Source: the human T2T-CHM13v2.0 reference genome, Homo sapiens
Assembly (NCBI GenBank): GCA_009914755.4
Contig: CP086569.2
Span: 12,544,001 to 12,608,000, forward strand
Direction of reading: 5' to 3'
DNA length: 64,000 nt
The position numbers were made by a program, and so were the translations under genes. How positions within the stretch are numbered: position 1 is the first letter of the stretch; each line of letters starts with the position of its first letter. The notes under the pieces were generated by a model that searched no databases, was not told the DNA's origin, and saw only the letters and a list, made by a program, of their open reading frames with translations. Positions 1 to 14,609 of this stretch are shown here, one piece after another.

Positions 1-2130
1 CGAAAGGTATGCAAATTAATGGAATCGAAAGGAATGGAATGGAATAGAATGGAATGGTATTGGATGGAATGGAATGGAATGGAGACAAAATGAATAGAAT
101 TGTATGGAATGGTATGGAATGGAATGGAAAGGAATGAACTTGAATGGATTCGAATGGAATGGAGTCGAATGCAATGGAATCGAATGCAATGGCTTCAAAT
201 GGAATGGAATGGTATTTAATGGAATGCAATGGAATGGAATGCAGCCAAATGTAAGGGACTCGAATGTAATAGACTCAAAAATGATGGACACGAATGGAAG
301 GAACACGCATGGAATTTTTTCCATTAGAATGGAATTGAATTGTATGCAATAGTATGGAATGGAATCGAATGGAATGGAATCGAATGGAGTGGACTGGAAA
401 GGAATGGACTGGAATACGTTGGACACGAATGTAATGGATTACAATGTAATTGTTTCGAATGCAATGGAATCAAATGGAATGTTATCAAAAGGCATTGAAA
501 GGAACGCAATGGAATGGAATGGAATGGAATGGAATGGAATGGAATGGAATGGAATGGAATGCAATGCAATGCAGTGCAATGGAATGGAATGAGTAGAATC
601 GAGTGGAATGGAATCGAGTGAATGGAATCGAATGGAATGGAACCGAATGGATCAGAATCGGATACAATTTACTGGAATGGAATGGACTCGAGTGGAATGG
701 ACTGGAATAAAATGAAATTGCATAGATTAGAACAGAATGGAACGAAATGGAACGGAATGGAATGCAATGGAAAGGAATGGAATGGAATGGAATGGACTCG
801 ATGGGAATGGAGTGCAATGGAATGTAATCAAATTGAATGGAATGGAGTAGAAATGAAGTGAATGGAATGGGAAGGAATAGAATGGAATGGAGTGTAATGG
901 AAATATTTCGAATGGAAAGGAATGGAATGGTATGGACTCGACTGGAATGGACTGGAATGAAATGGACTCGAATGGAATGGACTGGAGTGGAAGGGAATTG
1001 AATGGTACAGAAACGAATAGAACGGAATGGAAAATAATAGAATGGAATGGAATGGAATAGAATCGAATGGAATGGAGTCAAATGGAATAGAATCGAATGG
1101 AATGCAATGGAATGGAATGGAATGGAATGCAAAGGACTCGAATAGAATGTATTCGAATGGAATTGAATGGATTTGAAAGGCATCGAATGGAATGGAATGG
1201 AATGGACACAAATACAATGGACTCGAAGGGAATTGACCCAAATAGAAAGGACTCGAAAGGAATGGCATCGAATGGAATTTATTCGAATAGAATGGAATCC
1301 AATTGCATGCAATGGGATGGAATGGAATGGAATAGAAAAGAATGGACAGGAAAGGAATGGACTTGTATGGAAAGGACTAGAATGTAGTGGATTGCAAAGT
1401 AAATGGTTCAAATGGAATGGAATCTAATGGAAAGTATTCAAATGGAATTGAATTGAATGAATCAGATGGGAATACAAAGGAATGCAGGAGAATGGAACGG
1501 AGGGGAATTGAGTGGGATGGAATTTTGTGGAATGGAATCCAATGGAATGGAATCGAATGAAATGGATTCGAATGGAATTGACATCAACAAAATTGAATCG
1601 AATGAGTTGGAATCAAATGGAATGGAATGGAATGGAATGGAAAGGAATGGAATGGAATGGAATGTACTAAAATGGAGTGTAGTAGAATGGAACGGAACTG
1701 AATGGAATGGAATCAAATAGAATGGAATTGAATGGAATCGAATGAAATGGAATGGAATGGAGTGAAATGGAATGATATCGATTGGATTGAAATGGACTCG
1801 AATGAAATGGACTGGACTGGAATGGAATGGAATCGAATGGAATGGATCTGAACGGAATGGACTGGAAAAGAACGGAATCAAATTTAATGGATTGCAATGT
1901 ATTTGATTCGAATGTAATGGAATCCAAATTGAATATAATCAAATGGAATTTAATGGAATGCAAAGGAATGGAATAGAATGGAAAGCAGGGGAAATAAATG
2001 GAGTGGAATCGATTCTAATGGAATCGAAAGGAAAGGAGTTGAATGGAATAGATTCAAATGGAATGGACTCAAATGAAATAGAATTGAGTCGAGTGGCATC
2101 AAATGGAATGGAATGGAAAGGAACGGAATA

Positions 2131-2350
2131 GACCACAAAGTAATGTACTTAAATGAAATGGACTCAAATAGAATGAAACAAAAAGGAATGTTCTTAAATG
2201 GAATTTATTTGAATAGAATGGAATCGAATGGAATTCAATAGTATGGAATGGAATCGAATGGATGGAGTCAAATGGATTGGACCGGAAAGAAATGGACTCG
2301 AATGGAATGGACAGGAATGTATTGGCTTACAATGTAATTGATTCGAATGG
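2131..2350 (+). repeat. Landmark block A of the ~0.95 kb higher-order repeat (non-pentameric ~215 bp diverged segment)
   Basis: Contains ...ggaatttatttgaatagaatgg...gcttacaatgtaattgattcgaatgg. Homologous blocks recur about once per kb. Confidence 0.6.
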
Positions 2351-5300
2351 AATGGAACTGAATGGAATGTAATCAAACGGATTGGATGGGAATGCAATGC
2401 AATAGAATAGAATGGAATGCAGTGGAATGGAATGGAATGGAATGGAATCGAGTGAAATGGAATCGAACAGAATGGAATCGAATGGAATGGAATCTATTGG
2501 AATGTACTGGAATATAATGGACTCAAATGGATTGGACTGTAACAAAATGGAATAGAACAGATTGGAATCGAATGGAACAGAATGGAATTGAATGGAATGG
2601 ACTCGAATAGAATGGAGTCGAGTGGAATGGATTTGAATGGAATGGAATGAAATAGAATGGAATTGAATGGAATCGATAGGAGGAGAATGGAATGCAGTGT
2701 AATGGAAAGAAATCGAATCGAATCGAAGGGAATGGACTCAAATGGAAAGTGCTGGAATTGAATGGACAAGAATGGAATGGATTGGAGTGCAATGGATGCG
2801 AATGAAAATGAAACGAATGGAATGGAATGGAATTGAAAGGAATGGAATAGAAAGGAAAAGAATGGAATGCAATCCGAAGGAACTTAAGAAATGGAATGAT
2901 GTGGAATGGAATGGAATGGAATGGAATGGAATGGAATGGAATGGAATGGAATGGAATAGAGTTGAACCAGAATGGAATGGAGTGGAATGGAATGGACAGG
3001 AATATATTGCATTGCAGCCTAATTGTTTAAAACGGAATGCAATCGAATGGAATAGAATGGAATGGAGTGTAATGGAGAGGTATCAAACGGAATGGAATTT
3101 AACGGAATGGACTCGAGTGGAATGGACTGGAATGGAATGCAATCGAATAGAATGGACTGGAATTGAATGCGCTCGAATGGAATAGATAGGATTGGAATGG
3201 ACACGAATGGAATGGAAATGAATGGAATGGAATGGAAATGAATGGAATGGAATTGGATGGAACGAAATGGAATGCAATTGATTTGAGTGGAATAGAATCG
3301 AATGGAATGGCATCAACTGGAATGGAATTGAATTGAATGGACTCGAATGGAATGGATTCGAATACAATATAATCGAATGGAATGGATTCGAATAGAATAT
3401 AATTGAATGGAATGGCACGTAGTGGAATGGAATGGACCCAAATGGAATGGACTCGAATGGAATCGAAAGAAATGTTCCCGAGTGGAATCTATCAGAATAA
3501 AATGTTATCGAATGGAATGCAAAAATATGGAATGGAATCGAATGGAATGCAATCGAATGGAATGGACAGGAATGGAATGGACTGGAAGAGAATGGACTCT
3601 AATGTAATGGATTGCAATGTAATTGTTTCGAATAGAATGTATGTGAATGGAACTTGATCAAGTGGAATGGAATGGAATGCAATGGAATGCTACGGAGTGC
3701 AATCAAGTGGAATGCAATCAAATGGAGTGGAATCGAATGGAATGGAATCCAATGGAAAGGACTGGCATGGAAAGGACTCCAATGGATTGGACTGGAATAA
3801 AATGGAACTGAACGGATTGCAATCAAATGGAAAGGAACGGAATGGAATGAATTGGAATGGAATGGAGTCAAAAGGAAGGGAAACATATGTTATGGAATTG
3901 AATTGATATGAAACGAATAGAATGGAATGGAGTGTAATGGAAAGATGTGGAATGGAATGGAATGGACTCGAATGGAATGGACCAGAATAAAATGGACTCG
4001 AATGGATTAGAAAAGAATGGAATGGAATGGAATGCAACCGAATGTAATGGAAAGGAACAGAATGGAATGGAATCAGATGGAATGGAATGGAAGGGATTGG
4101 AGTCGAACAGAATAGAATCAAAAGTAATGGGATCGATTGGAATGGAATGGAATGGACTCGATTGGAATGGCATAGAATGGAATGGACTGGAGTGAAATGG
4201 AATCGAATGGAATGGAAACGAATGAAATGGAATGGAATGGAACAGAAACGAACGAAATGGAATGGTATTGAATGGAATGGAGTGGAATGGAATGGAATGG
4301 AATGCAATGGAATGGAATAGAATGGAATAGAATCGGATGGAATGGAATGGAATGCAATGGAGTCGAAAGGAATAAAATCGAAAGGAATGGCATCAAATGG
4401 AATGGAATGGACTCGAATGGAATGGACTCGAATGGAATAGAATTGAAAGAATTGGCATTGAATGGAATGGAATGGAATGGTATGGACCCAAAGGTAATGG
4501 ATTCGAATTGATTGGACTCATGTAGAATGGACTATAAAGAAATTGTTTCGAATGCAATTTATATGACTAAAGTGGAATCGAATGGAAGGCTATAGTATGG
4601 AATGGAATCGAATGAAATGGAATCGAATAGAATGGACTGGAATGGAATGGACTGGAATAAAATGGAATCGAATGTAATGGATTGCAATGTAACTGATGTG
4701 AATGGAATGGAATATAATTGAATGGAATCGAATTCGAATTGACATAAGAGGAATGGACTGGAATAGTATGGACTCGTATGTAATGGAATGGAATGTAATT
4801 GATTCGAAAAGAGTGGAGTTGGATGGAATGTAAGAAAATGGAATGCAATAGAATGCAAAGTAATGGAATAGAATGGAAAGTAATGGAATGCAAAAGAGAG
4901 CAATAGAGTGGAATGTAATCGAATGGAATGGACTGGAATTGAATGGACTCGAATGCAATGGACTGGAACAAAATTGAATAGAACGGATTGGAATCGAAAG
5001 GAATGGAAAGGAATAGAATGGAATCGAATCGACATGAATGGAATGGAGTGAAACGGAATGGAATCGAATAGAATGGAATCGAATGGAATGGAATTGAATG
5101 GATTCGAAAGGAATAGAATGGAATGGAGTTTAATGGAAAGATATCGAATGGAATATACTGGAATAGAAAGGAATAGAATGTAACGGATTGTAATGTAATT
5201 GATTTGAATGGAATGGAATCGAATGGAATGTAATCAAATGGAATGGAAAGGAATGCAATGGAATGGTATAGAGTGAAGTGCAATGGAATGGAACAGAGTG

Positions 5301-5664
5301 GAATCGAGTGCAATGGAGTTCAATGGAATGGAATGGAATGAAAAGGAATGGAATGGAATGCAATGGAATGGAATGGTCTCGAATAGATTGGAGTGGAAAA
5401 AAATGGAACCGAATGGATTGGAATTGTTCTGAAAGGAATGGAATGGAATGGATATGAATGGAATGGATTTGAAAGTAATGGAATCGAATGGAACGGAATC
5501 AAACAGAATGGAATTGAATGGAATCGAAAGGAATAGAATGGAATGGAGTGTCTTGGAAATATACCGAATCGAATGTAATAGACTCAAATTGAATGGACTG
5601 GAAAACATTGGAAACGAAAGGAATGGACTGGAGTGGAATGGATTCTAATGGTATGGAAATGAAA

Positions 5665-5836
5665 GGAATGGAATGGAATGGAATGGAACGGAACGGAATG
5701 GAATGGAATGGAATGGAATGGAATGGAATGGAATTGATTGGAATGGAATGGAATGGAATGGAATGGAATGGAATGGAATGGAATGGAATGGAATGGAATG
5801 GAATGGAATAGATTGGAATGGAATGGAATGGAATGG
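5665..5836 (+). repeat. Near-perfect (GGAAT)n tract of ~34 units with 4 variant units
   Basis: ggaatggaatggaatggaacggaacggaatgg... continues through ...ggaatagattggaatggaatggaatggattc. Confidence 0.85.
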
Positions 5837-8423
5837 ATTCAAATGGAATAGAATCATTTAGAATGGCCTCGAATGGAATGGAATGGAATGTGGTGGACTT
5901 AAATGGAATGGACTCGAATGGAATGGATTCAAATAGAATGGAAACGAAAGGAATGTTCTTGAATGGAATTTATTCGAATATAAAAGAGTCAAATCGAAGG
6001 CAATAGAAATTAATGGAATCAAATGGAATGGAAACGAATGTAATTGACAGGAAAGAATGGACTAGAATAGTATGGAGTCCAATGTAATGGATTGCAATGT
6101 AATTGATTCGAATAGAATTTAATCGAATGGAATATAATCTAACGAAATGGAATGGAATACAAAGGAATGGAATAGAATGGAATGCAACGGAATGGAATGG
6201 AGTGAAATCGACTTGAACAGAATCGAATGGAATGGAATCAAATGGAATGGCCTAGCATGGAATGAAATCGAATGGAATGGATGGGACGAAAATGGAATGG
6301 AATGGATTTGAATCAAAAGGAAAGGAATGGAAAGGAAAAGAATGGAATGGAATGGATTCAAATAGAATGGAATCAAATGGAATGGAATTGATGAGAATCA
6401 AAAGGAATAGAATTGATAGGAGTGTAAAGGAATTTCTTTGAATGGAAAGGACAGGAATGGAATGGAATGGTCTCGAATGGAATGGACTGGAATGGAACAG
6501 ACTGGAGTGGAACGGACTCGAGTAGAATGGACTTGAATGGAATGGAAACGAATGAAATGAAATGGAAAGGACTGCAATAGAATTGAAAGGAATAGAATGG
6601 AATGAAATCAGATGGACGGGAATGGTATGGAATGGAGTCGAATAGAATAGAGTCGAATGAAATGGCATTGAATGTAATAGAATGGAATGGAATTGACTCG
6701 AATGCAATGGAAACGAACGGAATGCAATGAAATGCAAAGGAATGGATTGGAATTGAATTGGATGCAATAGAATGGATTAGAATGGAATAAAATTGAGTGT
6801 AATGGCATCGAATGGAATGCAATGGAATGGACTCGAATGGAATGGACTTGAATGTAGTAGAATGGAATGGCATGACATCGAATGGAAAGGAAAGGAATGG
6901 AAAGGAATGGAATCAGTTGGAACGGAATAGAAAGGAATGGAGTCAAATGGTATAGAATCTAATGGAATGGTATCGAACTGACTGGAATGGATTGAACTAA
7001 AATGTAATGGACTCGAATGCAATAGAAGAGAATGGAATGACGTCGAATCAAATGGAATGAAATGGATTGGAATGCAATGGATAGGAATGTAATGGATTGG
7101 ACCCAAATGTAAAGGACACAAATGGAATGGACTCAAGTGGAATGGACTCAAGTACAATGGACTTGAAAGGAATGGTCTCGAATGGAATTCATTATAATAC
7201 AATGGAATCGAATGGAATGAATTAGTATGGAATGATATCGAATGGAATGGAATTGAATGGAATGAACCGGAATGGAATGGACTGGAATAGAAGCGACTCG
7301 AATGTAATGGATTGCAATTTAATGGATTTGAAATGAATGGATTCAAAAGGAATGTAATGAAATGGAATGGAATGGTATGCAACGGAATGGATAAGAATGG
7401 AATGCAATAAAAGGAAATGGAGTGGAATCCAGTGGAATGGAATCGAATGGAATGGAATTGTATGGAATGGAATAGAATGCAATGGACCAGAATGGAATGG
7501 AATGGAATAAAACCGATTTGAATGATATGGATTGCAATGTAATTGATTTGAATAGAATGGATTCAAATGGAATGTAATCAAATGGATTGGAATGGTAAGA
7601 AATGGAATGGAATAGAATGGAATGCAATAAAGGGGAATGGAGTGGAATCGAGTGGAGTAGAATGGAGTGTAATTTAATCAAATGGAATAGAATTGTATGG
7701 AATGGTATCAAACGGCATGGACTGGAATTGAATGGAATGTAATAGATTGGAATGGAATGGAATGGCACGGACTAGAATGCAGTGGACTCGAATGCAATTG
7801 ACTGGAACAAAACGGAATCGGACAGATGGGAATCGAACCTAACTGAATTGAATGGAATGGAATGGAAAGGACTCAAATGGAATGGAGTCGAATAGAAAGG
7901 ATCCAAGTGGTATGGAATCGAATGGAATGGAATTGAATGGAATCGAAAGGAATAGAATGAAATGGAGTGTAATGGAAAGACATCAAATGGAATGTAATGG
8001 ACTCGAATGGAATGGAGTTGAATGGAATGAAATTGAAAGGAATGGAATTGAATGGAATGGAAGTGAACAGAAACGAAAGGAATAGAATCGAATGGAGTGA
8101 AATGGAAAGATATCGAATAAAAAGGAATGGAATGGAATGGACTGGAATGGAATGGACTGGAGAGGATTGTACTCGAATGGAAAGGAAATGAATGGAAAGG
8201 AATAGAATGGAATGGAATGGAATTGGATGGAACGGAATGGAATGGAACGGAATGGAATGGAATGGAATGGAATGGAATGGAATGGAATGGAATGCAGTCG
8301 AGTGGAATAGAATCGAATGGTACGGCATCAGATGGAATGGAATGGGCTTGAATGGAATGGACTCGAATGGAGCAGAATTGAAAGGAATGTCATCGAATGG
8401 ACTGCAATGGAATGGCATGGAAT

Positions 8424-8606
8424 GAAATGTAATGGACTCGAAAGGAATGGTCTCGAACGCAATTTATTCGAATAGAATGGAATTGAATGGAATGCAACAG
8501 TGTGGAATGGAATCGAAAGAACTGGAATCGAATGGAATGGAACAGAATGGATTGGAGTGGAATAGAATGGGCTCGAATGTAATAGAATGTAACGTAATTG
8601 ATTTGA
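8424..8606 (+). repeat. Landmark block A copy
   Basis: gaaatgtaatggactcgaaaggaatggtctcgaacgcaatttattcgaatagaatgg ... gtaacgtaattgatttgaaagg. Confidence 0.6.
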
Positions 8607-11600
8607 AAGGAAGGGAATCTAAAGTAATGTAATCAAATGGAATGGAATGTAATGCAATGAAAGGGAGTAGAATGAAACGCAATGGAATGGAACTGAGTGG
8701 AATCTAGTGGAATGGAATCTAGTGGAATGAAATTGAATAGAGTGGAATCAAATGGAATGGAGTGGAATGGAATGGACTCGAAGAGATTAGACTGGAATGA
8801 ATTGGAATCGATTGGATTGGAATCTAACGGAACGGAATGGAATGGAATGGACTCGAATGGAAAGGAGTATAATGAAATGGAACCGAATGGAATTGAATCG
8901 AAAGAATGAGAGTGAATTGAATAGAAAGAGACAGAATGGAATGGAGTGTAATGAAAAGATATCGAATGGAATGGACTCGAAAGGAAAGGAGAGGAATATA
9001 ATGGACAGGAGTTGAATGAACTTGAACGGAATGGAAAGGAGTTCCATGGAATGGAATGAAATGGAGAGGGAAGGAATAGAATGAAATGGAATCGAATGGA
9101 ACGGAATGGAATGGAATGGAGTCGAATGGAACAGAATCGAATGGAATGACATCGAATATAATGGAATGGAACAGAACGGAAATTAATCAAATGGAATGGA
9201 ATCAAGTGGAATGGATTGAATGGAATGGCATCGAATGGAATTGAATTTAATGAAATGGAATGGAATGGACACAAATGTAATGGACTTGAACGGAATAGAC
9301 ACAAACAGAATGGACTAGAAAGGAATGGACTCGAATGGAATTTATTCGAGTAGAAAGGAATCGAATAGAACGCAATAGTATAAAATGGAATCGAAAGTTA
9401 TGGTATCGAATGGAATGGACCAGAATTGAATGTACTGGAATACAATGGACACCAATGGAATGGACTTCAATGTCATGGAATCGAATGGAATGCAATCGAA
9501 TGGAATAGAATGGAATGCCATGGAATGCCATGGAATGGAATAGAATGGAATGCAATGGAATGGAACGGAGTGGAATCGTGTGGAATGGAATTGAATGAAA
9601 TGGAATCGAATGGAATGGAATCAAATGCTATCGACTGGAATGGACTGGACTCGAATGGAATTATTTGGAACACACTGGAATGAAAAGTATTGGAATCGAA
9701 TGATGCAAAGTGGAATGGAATGGAATGGAAAGAAACGCTATCGGCTCGATTGGAATGAAACCGAAAGAAATGGAATCAAACATAATGGAATTAAACGGAA
9801 TTGAAAGGAACAGAAAAGAATGGAGTGTAATATAAAGAAATCGAATGGAATGGAATGGAATGGAATGGAATGGAATGGAATGGAATGGACTCGAATGGAA
9901 TGGACAAGAATGGAATGGACTCAAATGGAATTGACTGTAGTGGAATGGACTTGAATGGAATGGAAACGAATGGAATGGAATGGAATGGAATGGAATGGAA
10001 TGGAATGGAATGGAATAGAAAGGATTAGAATGGAATGGATTCGGATGGAACAGAATGGAATGGAATGGAAAAAAATTGAACAGAAACGCATGGAATGGCA
10101 TCAAATGGAAAGGAAGGCAATGGAATCAACTCACATGGAATGCAAAAGACTGGAATAGAATCGAATGGAATGCCATCGAATGGAATGGAACGGAATGGAA
10201 TCCAACGGAAATCAATGGAATGGACACAAATGTAAAGGACTCGAATGGAATGGACTCAAATAGAATGGACTCGAAAGGAATTTTTTCAAATGGAATTTAT
10301 ACAAATAGAATGAAATCTAATGGAATGCAATAGTATGAAATGGAATCCAATGGAATGTAATCGAATGGAATGGACTGGAATGGAAGGGACTGGAATACAA
10401 TGGAATGGAATGGAATGGATTGCAATGTAATTGAATGGAATGGAATGGAAACGAATGGAATGTAATCACATGGAATGGAATTGAATGGAGTAGAATGGAA
10501 TTCAATGGAATAGAATGGAGTGGAATTGAAAGGAATGGAATCCAAAGAAATGGACTGGAATGGAATGGACTGAAACAAAATGGAAACCACCGGATTGGAA
10601 TGGAAGGGAACAGAATGGAATAGAACGCAAAGGAATGGACTCGAATGGAATGCAGTCGAATTTAATGGAACTGAATAGAATGGAATTGAATGGAATCAAA
10701 AGAATAGAATGCAACTTAGTGTAATGGAAAGATATAGAGTGTAAAGGAAAGATATCGAATGTATTAGAATGGAATGGACTCGAATGGAATGTAATGGAAT
10801 GGAACACACTCGAATGGAATGGACTGGAGTGGAATGGACTTGAACGGAATGGAAACGAATGGAATTAAACGGAAAGGACTGGAATGGAATGGAAAGGAAT
10901 AGAATGGAATGAAATCGGAAGGAACGTAACGGAATGGAATGGAGTTGAAGGTAATACAGTCGAATGAAAAGCATTGAATGGAATGGAAAGGAATGGAATC
11001 GACTCGAATAGAATGGAAACGAATGGAATGGAATAGAGTGGAATGGAATCGAATGGAGTGGAATACAATGGAATGGAAAGGAATTGAATGGAAAGGAATA
11101 CAAAGGAATGAAATGGGATGGAAGGGAAATGGAATGGAATGAAGTCGAATGGAATATAAACGAATGGAATGGCATCGAATGGAATGGAATGAAATGGAAC
11201 GGAATAGAATGGCCTCGAATTGAACGGATTCGAATGCAATAGAATACGATAGAATGGCATTGAATGGAATGGAATGGAACCAAATGGAATGGACTCGAAT
11301 GGAATGGACTCAAATAGAATGCACTCGAAAGAAAGGATCTCGAATGGAATTCATTCAAATAGAATGTAATCGAATTTAATGTAATAGTATGGAATGGAAT
11401 CAAATGGAATGGAATCGAATGGAATAAAATAGAATGGAATGGAAGGGAATAGAACGGACTCGAATGTACTGGATTGCAATGTATTTGATTCGAATGTAAT
11501 GGAATCTAATGGAAAGTAATCAAATAGAATGGAATGGAATAGAATGGAGTGCAATGCAATAGAATGGAGTTGAATCGAGTGGAATGGAATCAAATGGAAT

Positions 11601-12080
11601 GGACTGGAATGGAAAGGACTCGAATGGAATTTACTGGAACAAAATGGAATGGAATGGAAAGGAATGGAATGGAGTGCAGTGGAATGGACACGAATGGAAT
11701 GGAGTCTAATGGAATGAAACCGAATGGAATGTAATTGAATCAAATTGAAAGGTATAGAATGAAATGGAAAGTAATGGGAAGATCGAATGTAATGGTTTGG
11801 AAAGGACTCAAATGGAATGGACTGGAAAGGAATGGAATCAAATGGAATGGAATGGAGTGGAATGGACTCGAATGGAATGATAACGAATTGAATGGAATGG
11901 AAAGGAATGGAATGGAATGGAAAGGAATAGAATGGAATGAAATTGGATGGAATGAAATGGAATCGAATGGAATAGAATCAAATGGAATGGCATTGAATGG
12001 AATGGAATGGAATCGAATGGAATAGAAACGAATGGAATGCAATGCAATGGAAAGGAAAAGAATGGAAAGGAATGGGATGA

Positions 12081-12146
12081 AATGGAATGGAATGGAATGG
12101 AATGGAATGGAATGGAATGGAATGGAATGGAATGGAATGGAATGGA
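12081..12146 (+). repeat. Perfect (GGAAT)n tract of ~13 units
   Basis: aatggaatggaatggaatggaatggaatggaatggaatggaatggaatggaatggaatggagttg. Confidence 0.85.
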
Positions 12147-14070
12147 GTTGAATCGAATAAAATCGAATGGAATGGTTTCGAATGGAATGGAATGGTATGG
12201 ATTGGTATGGACTCCAATGGAATGGACTTGAATGGAACAGCATAAAAGGGAATGACATCGAATGGATTTTAATGGAACAGAATGGACCCAAATATAATGG
12301 ACTCGAATGAATGGACTCAAACGTAATGCACTCTAAAGGAATTTTCTCGAATGGAATTTATTCAAATAGAATGGAATTGAATAGAATGCAGTAGTATGGA
12401 ATGGAATCGAAAGGAATGGTATCAAATGGAATCAAGTTGAATGGAATCGAATGGAATGAAATAGTATGGAATGGAATCGAACGTACTGTACCAGAATGGA
12501 ATGGAATGGGATAGAACCGACTCGAATGAAATGCATTGCAATGTAATTTATTTCAATGCAATGCATTCAAATGGAATGTAATAAAATGGATTAGAATGGT
12601 AAGCAATGGAATGGAATAGAATTAAATGCCATAAAGGGGAACGGAGTGGAATCGAGTGGAGTAGAGTCGAGTGTAATGGAATCGAATTGAATGGAATCAT
12701 ATGGAATGGTATCAAATGGCATGGACTGGAATCGAATGGAGTGTAATCGAATGGCATGGACTGTAATGGAATGCACTCGAATGGAATGGACTGGTACAAA
12801 ATGGAATCAAACAGATTGTAATCAAATGGAATAGAATGGAATGGATTGGAATACAATGGACACGAATGGAATGCAGTCGAATGGAAAGGAACCGAATGGA
12901 ATGGAATGGAATCGAATGGAATGGAATTGAATAGAATCGAAAGGAATAGAATGGAATAGAGTTTAATGGAAACATAACAAACGGAATGGAATGGACTCAA
13001 ATGGAATGGAGTCGGTTTCAATGAAATCAAATGGAATGGACATGAATGTAATGGAATTGAATAGAATCGAAAGGAATAGAATCAAATGGAGTGTAATGGA
13101 AAGATATCAAAAAGAAAGGAATGGAATGGAATGGAATGGAATGGAATGGAATGGAATAGACTGGAATAGAATGGACTGGAATGGAATGGCCTGGAGAAGA
13201 TTGGACTCGAATGGAATGGTATGGACTGGATTGGAGTAGACCGCAATGGAATGGACTGGAATGGAATGGACTGGAGAGGATTGGACTCAAATGGAAAGGA
13301 AATGATTGGAATGGAAAGAATGGAAAGGAAAGGAATAGAACGGAATGGAATTGGATGGAACGGAATGGAACAGAATGGAATCGAATGGAAAAGAATCTAA
13401 TGGAATGGCATCAGATGGAATGGAATGGAATGGAATGGACTCGAATGGAATGGAATGGAATGGACCCAAATGGAGCAGAATTGAATGGAATGACATCGAA
13501 TGGATTGGAAAGCAATGGCCTGGAACCAAATATAATGGACTCGAATGGAATGGACTCAAATAGAATGGACTTGAAAGGAAAGGTTTTGAAAGCAATTTAT
13601 TCAAATAGAATGGAATCGAATGGAATGAATTAGTATGGAATGGAATCGAAAGAATTGTAATTGAATGGAATAGACCGGAATGGATTGGAGTGGAATAGAA
13701 CTGGCTCGAAAGTAAAAAAATGAAATCTAATTGATTTGAAAAGAATGGATTCGAATGTAATGTAATCAAATGGAATGGAATGGAATAGAATGGAATGCAA
13801 TGGAATGGAACTTAGTGGAATCTAGTGGAATGGAACGGAATGCAATGACATTGAATGGAATGGAATGGAGTGGAATGGAATGGAATGGATTGGAATGGAT
13901 TGGACTGGAAAAATATGAAATTGATCAGATTGGAATCGAATGGAACAGTATGTTATGGAATGGAATGGAACGGAATGGACTCTGTTGGAATGGAATATAA
14001 TAGAATGGAACCAAATGGAAATGAATCGAAAGAATGAAAGTGTATGGAGTAGAAAGGGATAGAATGGAAT

Positions 14071-14097
14071 GGAGTGTAATGAAAAGATATCGAATGG
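14071..14097 (+). repeat. Landmark C example (GGAGTGTAATGGAAAGATATCGAATGG, containing an EcoRV site GATATC), which recurs about 350-450 bp upstream of block A
   Basis: ggagtgtaatgaaaagatatcgaatgg. Homologues at ~5101, 8941, 15881, 19901, 28901, 32201, 40441, 46801, 51361, 55121, 60061 and 61081. Confidence 0.6.
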
Positions 14098-14405
14098 AAA
14101 GCAATGGAATGGAATGGACTCGAAAGTAAAGGACTGGAATGGAATGCATTGGAGTTGAATGGACTCGAATGGAATGGAAAGGAGGGCGGTGGAAAGGAAT
14201 GAAATGGAATGAGAAGGAATAGAATGGAATGGAAAGGAATGGAACAGAATGGAATGGAATGCAGTCAAATGGAATAGAATCAAAAGGAATGACATTGAAT
14301 ATAAAGGAACGGAAAGAAATTTAATCGAGTGGAATGGACTCAAGTGGAATAGAATTGAATGGAATATCATCGAATGGAATGGAATGGAATGGAATGGAAT
14401 GGAAT

Positions 14406-14609
14406 GGACCCAAATGTAATGGACTCGGACAGAATAGACACAAATATAATGGACTAGAAAGGTAAGGTTTCGAATGGAATTTATTCGAATAGAATGGAAT
14501 CGAATGGAAAGCATTAGTATGGAATGGAATTGACTGGAATCCACCAGAATTGAATGGAATGGAATAGAACGGACTCGAACGTAATGGAATGCAATGCAAT
14601 TGATTTGAG
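14406..14609 (+). repeat. Landmark block A copy (near-consensus)
   Basis: ggacccaaatgtaatggactcgg ... ggtttcgaatggaatttattcgaatagaatggaatcgaatgg ... ggactcgaacgtaatggaatgcaatgcaattgatttgagtgg. Confidence 0.65.

Noticed and set aside
14170-14190. GC box (GGGCGG) in ggaaaggagggcggtggaaagg, as a possible Sp1 site or promoter
   Set aside because: It is a single isolated hexamer created by point variants inside satellite. There is no TATA/Inr context and no recurrence.
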